DNA of 64,000 nucleotides, taken from positions 8,414,761 to 8,478,760 of the forward strand of contig SMSO01000031.1 of the NCBI GenBank assembly GCA_004764695.1, written 5' to 3'. The notes below the pieces were generated by a model, which was given only the letters and a program-made list of their open reading frames with translations, was not told the DNA's origin and did not search any database. Position numbers and translations under genes: made by a program. The DNA is from Schizochytrium sp. TIO01 (Eukaryota; Protista; Bigyra: Labyrinthulomycetes). Positions 37,439-49,067 of this stretch are shown piece by piece (position 1 is the first letter of the stretch; each line of letters begins with the position of its first letter).

Positions 37439-37805
37439 GCTTTGTAGGTTGCCTTCTCGTCCTACTTTTGTTGTTGCTTTTGACAGCAAGGCATGAAAAT
37501 CACGATTCCTGTTCCATAACCTCTTCAGGAACTCGACCTTTTTGTGTAACTTTGCTCTCTCCTCCCTGCACTTTCTATAATCACTTCTGTTCTACCGTCT
37601 CCACCCACTCTCAATTAAACATACAAACAATCTATCGAACCAAAACTCTCAAGTTATATTTTTCTTCTTTCCTTTGGAATTTTTTAAATTGTTTTTTTTT
37701 CCATGTATTTTTCTTTTGAAAAGTATTGCTCTATGCTACTCTTCCTATATTTGTATCATCGGTGCCTCCCTCGCCAACACATTCGAATGAATGGAAATCA
37801 ACCCT

Positions 37806-37903
37806 GGTTCTCTGGTCTAGTGGTATGATTCTCCCTTAGGGTGCTTAGCGACTAGCAAAGCTCAATCTGGGAGAGGTTCCGGGTTCGATTCCCGGGAGAG
37901 CCC
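37806..37903 (+). tRNA. tRNA-Pro(AGG) with 26-nt intron
   Basis: Cloverleaf: acceptor GGTTCTC/GAGAGCC, anticodon stem CTCCC/GGGAG, T-loop TTCGATT. Intron at 37/38; oligo-T terminator downstream. Confidence 0.96.
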
Positions 37904-38020
37904 CATCTTTTTTGCTTGGAACCTTATACTTGAAATTTTTTTCTATTTCCAGACTGTGCAGTAGTATTATATGTGTCGAAACTGATTGTCAACTCAACCT
38001 GTTGTTAGGAAATCAACCCT

Positions 38021-38118
38021 GGTTCTCTGGTCTAGTGGTATGATTCTCCCTTAGGGTGCTTAGCGACTAGCAAAGCTCAATCTGGGAGAGGTTCCGGGTT
38101 CGATTCCCGGGAGAGCCC
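38021..38118 (+). tRNA. tRNA-Pro(AGG) with 26-nt intron
   Basis: Identical exons; T-run terminator. Confidence 0.96.
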
Positions 38119-39589
38119 CATTCTTTTTGTCATTATATTTACGAGATAATTTTTTATTTTTTTAATTAAATTCCTATTTATGAAAGAAAAGAATAAGGCA
38201 GGCCCAATTCGTCTGGCAAGCTGACCAACCTCGCCCATCTTCTTGAAGAACTTATCTCTCGGAAGTTTGCCGCTGAGTTTTCTAGCCTCGTATTTCTCAT
38301 GAACATTCTCCTCAAGACAGAATATCTTGGTTTCGTAGGCAGTGATTAATTCCATATAGAAAGAGTAGTCCAAATCATTCCTGCGAGCTTTAGTCTCAAA
38401 ATCTCGCGAAAAATTTCTTTTCGGCGTTTTTTAAAGATCAAAATACTATTCAAGTATACCGCTGTGGGATTTTTGTAGGGCATGTATCTTCAATCTCTTA
38501 TGTGCATCCGTGAGTGAAGTATCTGAGACTTTGAGAAGTTGCATGAGGAATTGGTAGCGAAATATCACATTGCTTGATTAGTTCGATTATTTTAATCATA
38601 AATAAACCATATTAAAGTATGCAGACTACATTTTACTTAAATGTAGAGATATTTGCTTGGGAACTCTTTCGGAGATCCTAACATACACTGCAATTTTATG
38701 ATACTGTATACTCTGTTCTAAAAGATAAATAAACCAAGAGCTAGTACAGTGTTGAATTCTTTTCATGTACATGAGTAGGAGTTTTTTAATCAAATATAAA
38801 TGCATCCCATTTAGTTGAGACACCCCACTGAAGAATGGCCAAGAAAGAAGATAATCAGGCCTAAACTTAAACTTTTAAATAGGTACCACAAAGAATAGAT
38901 TTCTCATTCGATTTTTTATTTTTTCTCTAAAATTTAGAAAATAGCAAAAAGGCTTTTGGACGTGGATCCTTTGGAGAAATGAAAAGAGGGTATGATTTGT
39001 CTTGCTTGTAAATTATGCACATGCAGATGTAGATTCTAGTTACTGTGTCTATTCTTAATTTGCAATTTGGTAATCCTGGTGAAGTACAGTCGCTGTTCAA
39101 CTTAAAGAAATGTTCGAGAGAAATCACACCTTTTCTTCATTTCTCCGAAGGATTCATTTTCGAAAGCCTTTTTGCTAATTACATCAATGACAATCAATAC
39201 ATTAAACAGGTTGTATTACCAATAAATAAATAAAATTATATAAGGAACTCTAGCAATTATATGCCATCTGTGGTGCAGTTTTAAAAATAAAATCACAAAA
39301 ACAAAAGAAAACCAAATTAATTAGTTGGTATCTTTCAAGAAAGCAAGGAAGATCTTAAATTCACATATTTTATTTTTTTGTAAATATCTTCTTTTTGTTG
39401 ACATGAAAAGAAAGAATGAGGCAGGCCTTGGTCACAAGCTTTCTTCCTGAATGAAAAAGCTTGGTTGTATGTACCTCCTGTAACATCACCACCAAAACTG
39501 AGAAAAAAAAAATTGAAAAAAAAATCGAACTAAATTTTTAAAAAAACAGAATGCTTCAATATGGCGATTTAGATCAACAAAAAAGAATG

Positions 39590-39687
39590 GGGCTCTCCCG
39601 GGAATCGAACCCGGAACCTCTCCCAAATTGAGCTTTGCTAGTCGCTAAGCACCCTAAGGGAGAATCATACCACTAGACCAGAGAACC
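39590..39687 (-). tRNA. tRNA-Pro(AGG) with 26-nt intron
   Basis: Reverse complement of the same exons. Confidence 0.96.
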
Positions 39688-39802
39688 AGGGTTGATTTCC
39701 TAACAACAGGTTGAGTTGGCAATCGGTTCCAACACATATAATACTCTGCACAGTCTGAAAATAGAAAAAAGTTTCAAGTATAAGCTTCCAAGCAAAAAGA
39801 TG

Positions 39803-39900
39803 GGGCTCTCCCGGGAATCGAACCCGGAACCTCTCCCAGATTGAGCTTTGCGAGTCGCTAAGCTCCCTAAGGGAGAATCATACCACTAGACCAGAGAACC
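39803..39900 (-). tRNA. tRNA-Pro(AGG) with 26-nt intron
   Basis: Same exons; intron has 2 substitutions. Confidence 0.96.
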
Positions 39901-40014
39901 AGGGTTGATTTCCTTACAATCGGATGGACGCCGGCATCAAATTTACACATATAATTCTATAGCCAGCATAAAAAATAAAAAATACAAGTCGAAGGACTTT
40001 GAGCAAAAAGGATC

Positions 40015-40112
40015 GGGCTCTCCCGGGAATCGAACCCGGAACCTCTCCCAAATTGAGCTTGGCTAGTCGCTAAGCACCCTAAGGGAGAATCATACCACTA
40101 GACCAGAGAACC
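40015..40112 (-). tRNA. tRNA-Pro(AGG) with 26-nt intron
   Basis: Same exons; intron variant. Confidence 0.96.
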
Positions 40113-40229
40113 AGGGTTGATTTCCTTACATCAGGTTGGAGAAGAAATTAACATTGACCTTTATATAATATTTTTATTTTTTTAAAATACAAAAAAATAT
40201 AAACCTTAGCTTCAAGGGCAAAAAAGATG

Positions 40230-40327
40230 GGGCTCTCCCGGGAATCGAACCCGGAACCTCTCCCAGATTGAGCTTCGCTCGTCGCTAAGCACCCTAAGGG
40301 AGAATCATACCACTAGACCAGAGAACC
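40230..40327 (-). tRNA. tRNA-Pro(AGG) with 26-nt intron
   Basis: Same exons; intron variant. Confidence 0.96.
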
Positions 40328-40442
40328 AGGGTTGATTTCCTTACAACAGGTTGAATTCGCAATCGGTTCCGACACATATAATACTCTGCACAGTCTGAAA
40401 ATAGAAAAAAATTTCAATTTAAGGTTCCAAGCAAAAAAGATG

Positions 40443-40540
40443 GGGCTCTCCCGGGAATCGAACCCGGAACCTCTCCCAGATTGAGCTTTGCAAGTCGCTA
40501 AGCACCCTAAGGGAGAATCATACCACTAGACCAGAGAACC
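40443..40540 (-). tRNA. tRNA-Pro(AGG) with 26-nt intron
   Basis: Same exons; intron variant. Confidence 0.96.
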
Positions 40541-40649
40541 AGGGTTGATTTCCATTGAATCGGTTGCGGGATGTTGTTGGCCAGACATTCAAATGCTTTG
40601 GAGGGTGTTTTGTTTGGGAATGAAGGTTCATACAATTCTAGAAGAGAGG

Positions 40650-42620
40650 TGAAAGTGGACATATTAAAAGAAGGGTAACTTTTCCATAATAGAAGGGTGT
40701 TACTTGAACAATGTATCGAATATTAGAATCCGTGATTGATGCTCTAATGCCGAATATGACATCGTACTAATAATACTTTGTACGTGATATCTATTTCACA
40801 TTATACAGTCACAGAAGAATAAGGTAAAGGATATCAAAGTCTGGAAAGCGGACCGGTGATATAGTGTAGCCATATGTCTTAATTGTTTAGATAATCTATG
40901 GTTTATGGGTAGAATCTATTTACTCCAGACCGAACATAAAGATTAGCCTCTCTGATGTTTATAACCTTTTAATTTTATGAAGTAGGCCGGATCAGGACAG
41001 CTCGCAGGTTACCAACCAAAATTCTACAAGAAGATACTACTACTTTGCTGTAAGATACTAAATGCGCTTTAGAAGTCTACATTATGGTACGTCCAGCTTA
41101 TCCTTTTAAGTTTCTTCTTGTAGCAAAGGTTTTAACCTCGTTTTTCATCTAATTTATTTCACGTAGAGTAGGGAGGCGTTCAAAATGATTGGGTTACGCA
41201 TTTGCCAGGTTTGCTACGGCAAAATTGGTCAAGTGGGCACTAGCCCTACTTAAACTTTTCTAGCTATAACATTAACATTTCGCTATCTTTAAATGCCTGT
41301 GTCCAACTTCGAGGGCAGGAACACACGTTTGATTCGCTTTACTTTGTCACACGCCTATTTGTCCAATATTGAAGTCAAAGTTTTTTTATCCTATAGTACC
41401 TCTTAATAGGCCCTATTAATTACTCGTAACACTAATCTCGTTGACACTATGGATAACTCTAGGTACAAGTACTCGAAATATACTCTGACAAACTAAAATA
41501 CCTCAAACACTACAGACTCGAAATAAGATTCTTCCTTCTCCTCGCTGTCATGAGAGACATTTCTGGTTTGCTACGCGCTCAAATAACATTAGCTCCTCAA
41601 AATAAGCACTTAATTCAGCATGCCAAGTACCAAACTTAGACAGTTATTCCACTAGAACTGATCTCCAAATAAAACTGGGCGGAGTTTTCCTGAGCTGGCA
41701 CTGTGTAAGTGTAGTACCTCCTTTCGCTGTGAAGGTTTTTCTTGCGGTAATCTTGCAGGAGGAAAGAAATTGGACTCCGACGAAGCGATAAGAGCAGCTA
41801 AAATTAACAACAGGGAGAACTTCAGATACTATTAAGGACTCGTGATGATGTCAAGAACTAAGCTAAGACACTATGGACACCGTGTATATTGAATTTTTTT
41901 TAAGTCGTATGGAGTTCGCATATGACTACCAGTACCTAACCAAGTAAGTATCGCCTAGAGCTGATTGGAGGAAGCTTGAAGGCCCACACAGTCTCCACAC
42001 AGTCTCTTACGCAAGCCTATGCTTTGTTACACTGGAGAAAGCACGTCGAGGCTTGGTGCCAAGCTTGGTAGTTTTGACTTGGTCAATAAAATTAATTCCC
42101 CGACGCTGTTGGGAATTTCGTCTTCTTCATATTTTTACATTTGCAAAACCCAGATATAGATACATACAATTAACTCAGGAAAGGCAGTATGAGTTCGTAC
42201 GAGCTAATTGTAGTTTCGTGGAGAACATGCTATCCAGATCGCCATAGCACGCTTAGCTCTCTCGACTCAGAATAAATTTGATAATTTGGGATAGATATAG
42301 GGAACTACACAGGTTTTGGAAAATAGTTAATATTACTATCTTCAAAATGAACAAAGCTCTGTCTTGCTAATCAAAGATAATATAATAGTCTCCAATAGAA
42401 CACCGTGCAGGACGAACAAGTTACACAGTTGGTACCCATAGAACCGCGTCGCTAGATTTGCAGTACTCTATTTCTTTTCAGCAGTATGCCTTATGTGTTG
42501 CTTTACACAGCGAAAGGTTTCTGAACTGGTACATAGTTAAGTTTGAGCTAAGACTAGGAACTGCCTGCTTCGGTCAATCTTACCAAAGCTTTTGTGTCTA
42601 CAGTAGGATTTAAATATACT
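40650..42620 (+). ncRNA. Candidate structured non-coding block
   Basis: 13-bp helix CTTTGCTGTAAGA 41043-41055 / TCTTGTAGCAAAG 41116-41128 (tandem G-U). Tight hairpin TTAATAG/CTATTAA 41403-41419. No ORF longer than 64 aa. Confidence 0.42.
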
Positions 42621-42682
42621 GTTCAGGATAGGAACGTTTTCCCAAGTTTAGCAAATCGAAAACCCTGCAAACTCAGACAACC

Positions 42683-43630
42683 ATGCCTCTCTACCTAGCA
42701 GAGAAAGGAGACGACGATAGCCTCAGCAGCACAGTGCCTACACGCTGGGGTATCGAGCTGCACCGGGAGCTAGCTCGCGGAGAATTTTGTAAAGTTCATT
42801 TGGCCTTTGATAAGGTCGCCAACAAAGCCTTTGTCTTAAAAAAGTTTGCATCAACCAAGCACGCTAATACTTGCTTAAGTAGGGAAATTGAAGTGTTTGC
42901 ATTACTACAACAAAGCAAAGCTTCAGAACAGCAGTTTATCATTTCCATGCAATGGTTTGATATCGACCATAGTTTCCTTGCCCTTGAGCTTTGTGATGGA
43001 GGAGACTTATACGAACTCATTTCACAAGAGCGTCTTACAGAGTCGGATGTTATCTTTTATGGAGCAGAGATTGCTGCTGCAATTGGATTTCTTCATACCA
43101 ATTATATCTTTCACGGCGATATCAAATCAGAGAATGTTGGCATCACAGCTGAAGGTCATGTGCGCTTGTTTAATTTTGACTTGTCGCATGTATTGTCGCC
43201 TCTTGAAAATGTTGACGCTATCACCGGACGTCTCACAGTCAAAACAAAGGCTGGAACCCTCTGTTTTGCTGCCCCGGAGATCATCAAGTACCGCCAGTGT
43301 GGACTGGAAGCTGACTGGTGGAGCTTTGGGGTGCTTTTATATGAACTTTTGTTTACATCGTTACCTTGGGAGGGCGATACAAGCTACGAAACTGCGCGCA
43401 TGATTGCCGTCGAACCACTACTATGGAATGGGGATCAAATCCAGTCAACGAGCATGAAAGCCATTAGTCTGCTTCAAGATCTTCTTGCTTGCAAAGATCC
43501 TGCGCTTCGCCTTGGTTATGAAGAAGATATCAAGGATATCAAAGCTCACATGTTTTTTGAAAGCATCGATTGGTGCGCACTGGAACGACAGGAAATTGCG
43601 CCTCCTTTCGAGGCCCTCCTACTTCACTGA
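42683..43630 (+). CDS. AGC-like Ser/Thr kinase with degenerate catalytic motifs (pseudokinase or young pseudogene)
   Basis: Subdomains present (VLKK, HGDIKSEN, APE, DWWSFG, RLG, HxFFxxIDW), but DFG reads NFD and the Gly loop reads ARGEFC. Confidence 0.85.
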   Translation: MPLYLAEKGDDDSLSSTVPTRWGIELHRELARGEFCKVHLAFDKVANKAFVLKKFASTKHANTCLSREIEVFALLQQSKASEQQFIISMQWFDIDHSFLALELCDGGDLYELISQERLTESDVIFYGAEIAAAIGFLHTNYIFHGDIKSENVGITAEGHVRLFNFDLSHVLSPLENVDAITGRLTVKTKAGTLCFAAPEIIKYRQCGLEADWWSFGVLLYELLFTSLPWEGDTSYETARMIAVEPLLWNGDQIQSTSMKAISLLQDLLACKDPALRLGYEEDIKDIKAHMFFESIDWCALERQEIAPPFEALLLH

Positions 43631-43664
43631 CAATCTGACAATCTGACATTCTGACATTCTGACA
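43627..43664. repeat. 8-bp tandem repeat CTGACA(A/T)T x~5 overlapping the kinase stop codon
   Basis: ctgacaat ctgacaat ctgacatt ctgacatt ctgaca. Confidence 0.9.
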
Positions 43665-44975
43665 AAAAGTGAGTCAATTTGTCCACAATCACCACCATCG
43701 CCATCACCATCGCCACTACCACCACCACCTAGAAGAGGTAGCAGTAGGAAGGCATAGAGTCACTCGCAGTCGAGTTATCTCCGCAGGTGAAATGTCAATG
43801 AATAAGTTAACCTTGATACTGTACCAGAAGTATCTCAAGTCTTAAAGAGTGCGTATATCCGTAACACCATCAACGCGCTTAACCTGAGCTTGCCTATATC
43901 ATCATACTATTAGCACTCATATGCTATAAACTCAGTTATACCAAAAAAGTCCTTCTCCTTCTTATTCTTCATTTTAAAGAAGCATACAACAGATCGTGAC
44001 ATTGCACAGCCCTTAATCATAGGTGTGTTTTTTCTATCCTGTTTGTACTGAATTCTTTATCTTGACGGATTTCTAAGAATATTTCCATTTTGCTGCTCGT
44101 ATTCTGTAGAAAAACCCATACGGTGCAAAAACAAGTTTCGTATGAAAAGTAATTACGCAAAGAATAAGCTTGAAGATGCTCCAATGCAGGATCTTACGCA
44201 TGAAAGACATTTTAACTCAAAATATCCACAAAATCTTCCCAACATCATTGTTGTGCCAGGCATCAGATGTGACAGCTTTAGAACCTCATAAAAGGCCAGG
44301 TGAGTTGGATATCAAATGAACTGCTACATCTTCCAATTTGCATTATCAACAGCTGTTGTTAAAAGAGCGTAGATAGAATGAAATGCTGCCGTTTAGAATC
44401 AAAAATTGAACCGAGTAATTTTCAAGAATTTTCTCGATAATCTCTCAGAAAGGGGGCAGAAGAGAAACAAAACAACCTTTCCGCTTCAAAATCGGGATCT
44501 GCAATTTTTAGAAAGTCAGGATAGTTTGAAAATTGTAATATCTGCAACCCTTTCATCATTTCTCTCAACTTATACTAACAGAACTTTCATAAACCTCTAA
44601 AAAAAGAGAAAGTTTTCGACAAGGTCTGAAAAATAATCGAAGATGCGCGCCCATATGAAAGACTCTCATGGGCGATCATTGGGTGCTTCACAAGACAATG
44701 GTAATTTGTGCAGTAGCCAATCCTCATTGCTATCCTCGTGGCTTATGGTGCGGCTTCTGTTTGCTTCAATATTTTCATACGCTTTCTGAAGTTTTCAAAT
44801 GATGTGCAAATGTTGTGTCTCAGGTTCACTTATCCTGCTCAAATATAGCGGCTCAAATCAATGCACCATCAGGAACGCTACTTCCTTCCTCCTACCTTCG
44901 GCAGAGCCCCCAAGGACGAAAGTCGTGTTGGACCCTGCGGATGCCAACCCGCCTAGCTGAGTGGCAATCAACCCT

Positions 44976-45071
44976 GGTTCTCTGGTCTAGTGGTATGATT
45001 CTCCCTTAGGGTGCTTAGCAACTAGCTACACAACTTGGGAGAGGTTCCGGGTTCGATTCCCGGGAGAGCCC
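44976..45071 (+). tRNA. tRNA-Pro(AGG) with divergent 24-nt intron
   Basis: Same exons; intron TGCTTAGCAACTAGCTACACAACT. Confidence 0.95.
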
Positions 45072-45188
45072 CATCCTTTTTGCTTTTTTATTTAGTTTGA
45101 TAGATTTTTTCTATCAAAGATATTTCTGTAAAGTTTATATTTGTCAAAAACATTCGATACCTCAACCTGTTGTAAGGAAATCAACCCT

Positions 45189-45286
45189 GGTTCTCTGGTC
45201 TAGTGGTATGATTCTCCCTTAGGGTGCTTAGCGACCAGCAAAGCTCAATCTGGGAGAGGTTCCGGGTTCGATTCCCGGGAGAGCCC
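45189..45286 (+). tRNA. tRNA-Pro(AGG) with 26-nt intron
   Basis: Same exons; T-run terminator. Confidence 0.96.
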
Positions 45287-45549
45287 CATCTTTTTTCTTT
45301 TTTAAAATTATAAACCCTCTCAAGTTCTAATACTTCCATTGCTTTTGGATTACTGGTAGTAATACTCTGGCGTCCTTTTGATTGGTAAAACCTCCTGATT
45401 GTTATTTGTTCTTAGATGTTCTGCCTAAATTTTTTTCATGATTGTTGATAGTTGCTTTGATTGGAAGGTTTATAATATCTTCCAGATTGTTTACTTCGTT
45501 CTAGATATGATAATTTATCTATGAAGATAATAAATATGAATCATACATC

Positions 45550-48500
45550 TCTAAAACATACATCAAAACAAAAGTCTCAAGTTTACTTAGAAATGGGGTA
45601 AATATTTCCTATAGAGTGTATTGCTGGTTACCGTGTATGAGCCAATTGACCTGCTATTGCATACTTGTTCTTTGAGAAGTTTGCTCTGACTTAACTTGAA
45701 AACACACATTTGTATCCTTATTTGATCAAATATACATTTGTCCAGAATGATAGTATTCTTCGTAATAGCTATAAATGTTTCGTAGTCACTCTTGCTCTGC
45801 AGCTTACAACCTTTCAGGAGTGCCGTGTCTCTTAATAGTTCATAATGCAGCAGGCCCTGATACGAAGTGGGACCAAGGGGTAGCCTGAATCACTTTGTCA
45901 CATCGAGCCAGTCCATTGAGAATAATATAAATGCTAAGTCGTCTTGAAACTATACACTTATGAAGATGATTAGCAGCACATGTCAGAAGAAAATTCAACC
46001 CACTACCTGTTTTCCTTTCTTGCGCTGTGATAGAGTGTATGAGATTGTTCTGGTATGAAAACGCCTTCACCAGGGCATACTAAATACTGAATTTGTCTTA
46101 GATTTCCTATGCCGAAATACCCAGGCATGTCATAGTCATGTACACATGTTCACATTGCAATGTCATCAGCAAAACGTCATTTTCAAGTCTTCCAAAATTT
46201 AACATTGGCATTTTTTTTAAACATAAGGACTTTAGTTCTTTCAAGTCGCTAAGTGCTTCTTATCTTAGATTAAATGAAGAAAAGGTATTCTCAGATTCTA
46301 TGCTTCTAATGAAGCTATGTAAATACAGGTTTTACGCAATGCATTTTGCGTGGGTTAATCAACGTTCCAATGGGTTTGGAGAACTTAAGATTATGAATGA
46401 ATAATTAGCAATTGAGATGTGAAGATTCGCATTTTCAGCCACCACCATTAACTGTTAGTAGGCAAGGTAGAAACTTAATTGAAGATCGTCTCTTCACAAT
46501 TGCAATTTTATATTCTGAATCAAACAATATTCTTTTGGTTAAATTAAAAACTTGTCGCAGCGTCATTTTAAATCAAGGCATATCGTAAACAATATTCTAC
46601 ATTCCACCTGGTTGCTGGTACTGACAATTGAAAAACCATGTGAATAAGGCATTGCTAGAGTTATTCATACACTATCATAAATTTTTAACCGTCAGGATTT
46701 GTATATGCTATGATGTGAATATGAGTTACGAAGGTGTGAGACTGAGTCAACGTAAGAGTGAAAGCAATCTTTATTATCAAGGGATTGATTAAAGACAGCC
46801 TATAAATCAGAGGTTGGGAAATATGCTTACTCAACCCTTTGAATTCTGCGCTATACCAGATGAAGTTTGTCTTCGTCTGCTACTTACGACACCAACCAAC
46901 CCGCCTGGATATTTATTCATTTCCACGGTCAACAGGTCACTCACCCTATCCACCGAGATATATAGTGCCTTCTTAAGTCTTATCATGAATATCAAGCTCC
47001 TTATTTTCGTCCTCCTAGTGAACCTCTGGCTTCTTAGAAGTTAGCTTTTAGCATTGGTGAAAGTATTCCATTATTTTGCATTTCAAGTTAAAGCTTTTGC
47101 AACATTACTTCTGATGGTGAATTGTCAATCACCAGGAGTCGCGAGAGTTATATCGCATAGCGAAATGTGATATACTTTAAGTATTTTTCTTACCGTAGAT
47201 TGTGGGTAAGGTTTAGGATTGCGCAGAAGTTCGAGTACAAGCAAGAAACCGGTTTTGAAGGACAAAATATAGAATTCCTAGACAGAGAATTTTGATGAAC
47301 AACGCATTTGAAGCGGGGCAAATGACCATCGAAAGAATTTAGCCACTGTTATAACGATTTCCAGTTAGCTGTGTCGTCTCTGCTTCAATCAAATGCATTA
47401 TCCACATGTACCCAGCTAACTTGAAACATTAACTTTAGAATCAATATAGAGTATAATTCAAAGTATCATGAACATAGTGCGATCCTCTAGGATTTTGCAT
47501 TTGTCTAGACATTTGCTAGGCTTATCTTTAACTCATATTGAGAGAAACTGTGTGGGATGGATCAAATCGTCTTTCAACAAAGCAATAATGGGCCTCTCTT
47601 AGACAGATCAAAAGCTATACGGGTGAGTAAAATATACCCTCAGACCTTAACTTTAGCGTGTTGCATTGGATGCCATGTGTTAATGCGCTCTCGTAGGCGA
47701 GCTTTAGCTCAGAACTGCCAAACAACCCGTCATGCACGATCCAGATTTGTAAAAATGTCAACCGCAACTTATCAGAAACTGCATAAAATAGTGGATCATT
47801 GCTTGAGAAATCTTCAAATATATGTTTGAATCATATGTATCATGCGTTTTCAATGCTTACCTGCCAGCATTGTCATCGTGTTAGCTATTATCCGAGTGCC
47901 CTTGGAACTGTGGAAAAGAAAACCCTGCTATAACATGTGCCTTAAATGTACTATAAGTTGAATCTTTGAAGCATTAGACTAAATAGCCTATGTTGTTCTT
48001 CGTCAGGCATTTGCCCTTGCGATTTGTGCGTCGTGAAAAACAAGATAGCGCAATAAGGGGGAGATCTGACGAGTTCCCCAATATGTTAGGGACTATAAAC
48101 TACATCGGACTCGCGAAATGCAAGATTTTTAGAAAATCATCAGGTAGAGAGAGCTGTAGAAAAGTTCAGGGAACCTCTAGGCCAGATCATCTCTTGTGCT
48201 GGTGCAATTTCAGCTTCCACTATACGCGATTATCTTCGAGGTGAAAGCGCCACAGATCTTCCCTTAGCAACTCCTATAGTTAGTGCTATACATGACTATA
48301 GCAAATGAGAAATGGTAAAGGCTTGCTTTGCTAACTTTGCAGAAGAAGCACCAACTTTGTCAACATAGCCGGATGAGCTCTCAAAACAGAGATGTGAACA
48401 AGAATTTAGATTTATGAAGTTATTTCCACTTTAGTTTTTAAAAGAATAAAGCTTCCATGTGTCGAATCATGCAATTGTGCAGCATAGAACACTTTGTGAG
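45550..48500 (+). ncRNA. Candidate structured non-coding block
   Basis: CAGATGAAG 46857-46865 / CTTCGTCTG 46871-46879. AGTTAGCTG 47363-47371 / CAGCTAACT 47413-47421. Many nested 6-8-bp stems with G-U pairs. Confidence 0.4.
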
Positions 48501-49067
48501 AAAGATGAAGAAAGCATACACGAACACAATTTGATGCCAAATAAAAGTGAATAGGTAGAACAGAATAAGGGTGAGGATAAACGAAATGTCTGAGACAAGA
48601 GAGTAAATCTCTCTCTCTCTCTCTCAGGAGACACAGCTGGGTAATAAAAGGTGGGGCGGAGGCGAGAAAAGGTCGGGTTGTATTATGTGCATAGGTAAAT
48701 GAAAGTTTGTTTGGTCCGCGTATGAGAGGTTCATCTCTTTAATTTAAAAAGCGAGGTCGATAATTTTCAGATATTTGGGAACTGATGTAAAAGATGGAAC
48801 CAATTAGAAAACGCAGACAGTATACGGATTTCGCATAACAGAGCGCGAAAGAACCGTGCGTATTGATACGTGAGGTTTTGACCCAAAAGAAGAAGAAGAA
48901 CAAGCAGCAAGCCTGTTGAAGAATGATGAATATATATGTTCGCTAGATGACGTGAGTGCATGCTTCTTGGGAAAGAAAGGCTTTAAAAGGTCAAACCGTT
49001 AAAAAGTAGAACGGGCAGCCTCCTCCCCCTCCACCCGCCCGCGATAGCTTGGACATTCCCTTACTAC

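Noticed and set aside
37806-45286. Repeat-spacer pattern resembling a CRISPR array or tRNA-derived SINEs
   Set aside because: The repeats are complete intron-containing tRNA genes with invariant exons and terminators, spacers recur, and there are no cas genes.
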